Assembly (NCBI GenBank): GCA_964540815.1 | Contig: CAZIOH010000031.1 | Location: forward strand, 211 to 64,210 | Direction of reading: 5' to 3' | Length of the DNA: 64,000 nucleotides | Source of the DNA: an uncultured Myxococcales bacterium | Lineage (GTDB): Bacteria > Myxococcota_A > Polyangia > Fen-1088 | Shown: positions 61,155-64,000 of the stretch, piece after piece | How positions within the stretch are numbered: the first letter of the stretch is position 1 | Layout: every line of letters begins with the position of its first letter | Notes under the pieces: model-generated | Seen by the model: only the letters and a program-made list of their open reading frames with translations | Databases searched by the model: none | Told to the model about the DNA's origin: nothing | Translations under genes and position numbers: made by a program

Positions 61155-61964
61155 TCAAGGGGGCGATCCCGTCTGCCAGTACCCCGGACGTCCATAGTGA
61201 TCATGAAGACGTTGTTCGAACTCGCGATGGACGCCGACGGTCGGGGTCCACTCTGGGCTCCCCTCGATCGCCCGTCGCGACAGGTCGACGTAGACCTTCC
61301 GCTCCGCCCAGCTGATTCGACTCGCCCAGTGCGGGGAGAGCAGGACCTTCTTTCCGAACCACCAGTTTCTGGTGTCGATCACCAGGTAGCGCACGTTCCA
61401 GGTCTCATCGTCGACCAGCAGGTCGTCGATGTGCCCGATCGCATCGTCGCTGCCCTGGATGTGGTATCCGCGCACCTCCTTTGCGCTGCGCAGATGGACG
61501 TCGGCGGACCGGTCGACGTCCTGGACGGACCTTGGATCCCAGTCATGGGCTGCCAGAAAGCCGGGGTATGCGCCCATGCCCCAGATTCCGGAGTGCTGCC
61601 AATAGTACGGATATCCGTAGTAGCCATAGTAGTCCCGCTCCTGGCGGCGAGAGACGGGCTCATCGACGTCGATGCCTGGACTATTCTTCACCTTGTCCAT
61701 CGTCAACGTCAGATCGAAGTGTCGGGCCGACCAGTCGACCTTGCGAAACGAGATGGGCGAAATCAGGACCCGCCGCCCATCCAGGAACAAGTGACCACCC
61801 GACTGGACCACCAAGTAGCGAATGATCCAGCGCTGGTCGTCGAACAGGAAGGTGACGACGTGTCCGATATCGCCGTCGGTGGCCCGGACGGCGTAACGTT
61901 CGAGGTCCTCGAGGCTTCGCAGCATGACTGCCGAAGCGTGGCACATTCGCTTGGACGGGTCCAT
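61155..61964 (-). CDS. tandem PRC-barrel domain protein
   Basis: Two repeats of the PRC-barrel signature are present (RYLVVQSGGHLFLDGRRVLISP and RYLVIDTRNWWFGKKVLLSP), each preceded by a G.IGHV/IDDLL element. Confidence 0.8.
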   Translation of the reverse strand: MDPSKRMCHASAVMLRSLEDLERYAVRATDGDIGHVVTFLFDDQRWIIRYLVVQSGGHLFLDGRRVLISPISFRKVDWSARHFDLTLTMDKVKNSPGIDVDEPVSRRQERDYYGYYGYPYYWQHSGIWGMGAYPGFLAAHDWDPRSVQDVDRSADVHLRSAKEVRGYHIQGSDDAIGHIDDLLVDDETWNVRYLVIDTRNWWFGKKVLLSPHWASRISWAERKVYVDLSRRAIEGSPEWTPTVGVHREFEQRLHDHYGRPGYWQTGSPP

Positions 61965-62440
61965 CCTTGGAAACCAGGGAATGCTCCGCTGGAACTGAGC
62001 GGGGGCTAATCACTCGCACCGCCCCCAGGCCGGAGGGCGGGAGGCCGTTCGCGCTTCGATCCCGCTGGAGCTTCAACGCCGAATTCGACGACGTCGGGAC
62101 CGGTACGGCGGATCTCCTGTGGACTAAGTACTACTGAGATGTCTACCGGCTCCGCCGACCTGAGACCGGCGATGCCATTCATCGAAAGCCGGGTGGAGTG
62201 TGCGCTGGCGGGACCTGTGCCCACCACCACACCTGCAGGCCCGAGCTTGCCCGCGGCCCTTGCGCTTCGGCGAACAGGACACATGTTCCGTGACACGCGC
62301 TGGCGTTGCCAGGCGAGCCAGAGCCAGACCAGAGCACACGCAAAAGCGTCGGGTCACCGATGGGTGCCCAGAAGGCCTGGCTGGCCCCTCGACAGGGCTC
62401 GTGTCGCACGGATGAACTCGGTAGGAAAGGAAAACAGGCC

Positions 62441-62962
62441 ATGATTCGAACACTTCTTGGACCGACGTTGATGGTCGCCTCATTGATGTTGGGCGCGGGC
62501 CTCGCCCGCGCGGCCGAGGCGGTCGACACGACCACGGTGCTGGTGAACCTCCATCAGTCCAATGAAAAGGAGATCGCCATGGGCAAGCTCGCCCAGAAGA
62601 AGGGAGGGTCGGCGGAGGTCAAGTCGTTTGGCAAGACCCTCGTCAAGGATCACACCGCGGCCGACAAGAAGGTGATGAAGCTCGCCAAGGAGGAGGAGCT
62701 CGACCTCGGCAGCACGCCGCACGTCGACTTCGACGGGGCGGTTGCCAAGATGGCGGGCGAGACCGACTTCGACCGGCGCTTCGCGCAGACGATGCTCGAC
62801 GAGCATGACAAGGCCATCGAATCGGCGAAGAGTGCCGAGGACAACACCTCGGACGCCAAGCTGAAGAATCTCCTCATCGAGATCGTCCCTGTGCTTCGGA
62901 AGCATCGCGACGTCGCTCAGAGGTTGGTGGACCACACCATGCCGAGCGCCCAGAAATATTGA
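62441..62962 (+). CDS. DUF4142-domain secreted protein
   Basis: The signal is MIRTLLGPTLMVASLMLGAGLARA. Paired DUF4142 helices (NEKEIAMGKLAQKKG...FGKTLVKDHTAADKK...FDRRFAQTMLDEHDKAI) follow. The RBS AGGAAAGGAAAAC precedes the ATG at 62441. Confidence 0.75.
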   Translation: MIRTLLGPTLMVASLMLGAGLARAAEAVDTTTVLVNLHQSNEKEIAMGKLAQKKGGSAEVKSFGKTLVKDHTAADKKVMKLAKEEELDLGSTPHVDFDGAVAKMAGETDFDRRFAQTMLDEHDKAIESAKSAEDNTSDAKLKNLLIEIVPVLRKHRDVAQRLVDHTMPSAQKY

Positions 62963-63078
62963 ACGCTGCCGGGCGGCTCCGGAGGGATGCACTCGGGGGG
63001 TGCGCAAGGCCAGAGAGCAACTCGGGGAGAGGTCGAGCCGATGGTGGCCGCTCAGTGGCCGCTCTTTCGACCGCTGCG

Positions 63079-63945
63079 CTAGTGCGCAAGTCTTTTGCGT
63101 ATTGCCTTCAGTTCCCGCCGACGCTGCGTCGTGGTCTTTGGATAGGCCATCTTCAGCGCTTCGAAGGTGTCGAGGATGATCGCCGACACTATCAGGCGCG
63201 CATTCTCCTTGTCGTCGGCGGGGACCACGAACCAGGGCGCGAGCTCCGTGCTGGTCGCCCTGAGACAGGCCTCATACGCCTTCTGGTACTCTTTCCAGAA
63301 CGCCCTCTCGTGCAGGTCGTTTTCGCTGAACTTCCAGTTGCTGTCGGGGTCATCGATCCGTTCGAGGAAGCGTCTTCGCTGCTCCTCCTTGGAGAGATGA
63401 AGGAAGATCTTGATGATCCGGGTTCCGTTGCGGTGAAGGTGACTTTCGAGATCCACGATGGAGCGATATCTCCCTTCCCAGACGTCTTCGTCGATCAACT
63501 TGTCGGGCAGCCCCTCGCTCTGCAGGATCTCCGGATGCACGCGGGCGATCAATATCTCCTCATAGTAGGACCTGTTGAAGATTCCTATCCGCCCGCGCTC
63601 CGGGAGATCGCGGGTGGTGCGCCACAGAAAATCGTGCTCCAGCTCGCCGGCGCTCGGGTGCTTGAAGCTGAACACCTGGCAGCCCTGGGGATTGACCCCG
63701 GACATCACGTGCCTGATGGCGCCGTCCTTCCCCGCCGCATCCATCGCCTGGAAGATGATCAGCAGAGAGTAGCGGTGCGATGCGTAGTGAAGGCGCTGCT
63801 GCGCGCTCAGCAGCGCAACATGTTCCGCCAGAGCCTTCTTGTAGTGCTTCTTTGATTTGTAGACCGGCTCGACCTTCGTAGGCCACTCGTCGAGATTGAC
63901 CTCGTCTCGCGCCCTGACGCGGAATTCCTTGGTGTGAATCTTCAT
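63079..63945 (-). CDS. ppk2: polyphosphate kinase 2 (PPK2) family protein
   Basis: Walker A is [11 protein letters not shown]. The PPK2 lid/Walker B region is [16 protein letters not shown]...[11 protein letters not shown]. Length of 288 aa suits a one-domain PPK2. Confidence 0.9.
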   Translation of the reverse strand: MKIHTKEFRVRARDEVNLDEWPTKVEPVYKSKKHYKKALAEHVALLSAQQRLHYASHRYSLLIIFQAMDAAGKDGAIRHVMSGVNPQGCQVFSFKHPSAGELEHDFLWRTTRDLPERGRIGIFNRSYYEEILIARVHPEILQSEGLPDKLIDEDVWEGRYRSIVDLESHLHRNGTRIIKIFLHLSKEEQRRRFLERIDDPDSNWKFSENDLHERAFWKEYQKAYEACLRATSTELAPWFVVPADDKENARLIVSAIILDTFEALKMAYPKTTTQRRRELKAIRKRLAH

Positions 63946-64000
63946 CGTTCCTCTCGGGCCAAGCGCCTGGCCTCAAATCCTCCTCGAGTGTTCGACCATC

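Overview
This 64-kb window is high-GC (roughly 70%) bacterial chromosomal DNA with about 50 protein-coding genes. I found no rRNA, tRNA, CRISPR array or obvious mobile element. An AgmX/PglI-type C-terminal domain protein, a full Bat/MoxR aerotolerance-like operon, a DUF4142 protein and the GC content suggest a Myxococcota-like genome, but that is an inference. Many very long ORFs in the six-frame track are antisense artefacts of the high GC; I called genes from frame-specific third-position GC bias plus recognisable domain motifs.

Main gene content:
- A peroxide-detoxification trio: a di-heme cytochrome c peroxidase lipoprotein, an AhpD/CMD-like protein and an alpha/beta hydrolase.
- A GAF-PAS sigma-54 enhancer-binding protein. 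It is transcribed divergently from a putative sigma-54 promoter (TGGCACG-N4-TCGC).
- An operon driven by that promoter: two tandem paralogous secreted proteins of unknown family, a Met/His/Ala-rich small lipoprotein, MsrP, and MsrQ naturally fused to an FNR-type FAD/NAD(P)H reductase domain and a 2Fe-2S ferredoxin domain.
- An FAD monooxygenase, a trypsin-like protease and a Pal-like lipoprotein.
- A ClC channel with CBS domains, a MlaC-like protein and a frameshifted histidine kinase remnant.
- A DUF389 membrane protein and an NtrC-type sensor kinase/response regulator pair co-transcribed with a 749-aa secreted protein.
- A GH15 glycoside hydrolase and a complete moxR-DUF58-DUF4381-batA-batB/C-batD-batE operon.
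- A CusRS-like two-component pair, a CBS protein and the S41 C-terminal processing protease.
- A 1342-aa CheB-CheR-PAS-HisKA_3 kinase megaprotein with a NarL-type regulator.
- An SPFH protein, a HAD hydrolase, phosphoketolase, GlgX, a PRC-barrel protein, a DUF4142 protein and PPK2.

The most interesting candidate system is the sigma-54-controlled MrpX-like (Met-rich peptide)/MsrP/MsrQ-FNR-ferredoxin locus, with its two uncharacterised paralogous secreted proteins. It looks like a periplasmic methionine-oxidation (hypochlorite/ROS) defence module. Its regulator (GAF-PAS sigma-54 EBP) and its electron-supply fusion (MsrQ-FNR-ferredoxin) are ones I have not seen described for this module.

At the left edge there is also an ECF sigma locus that looks scrambled: a region-2-only fragment on one strand and an N-terminal-tip plus region-4 remnant on the other, next to an intact ZAS anti-sigma gene.
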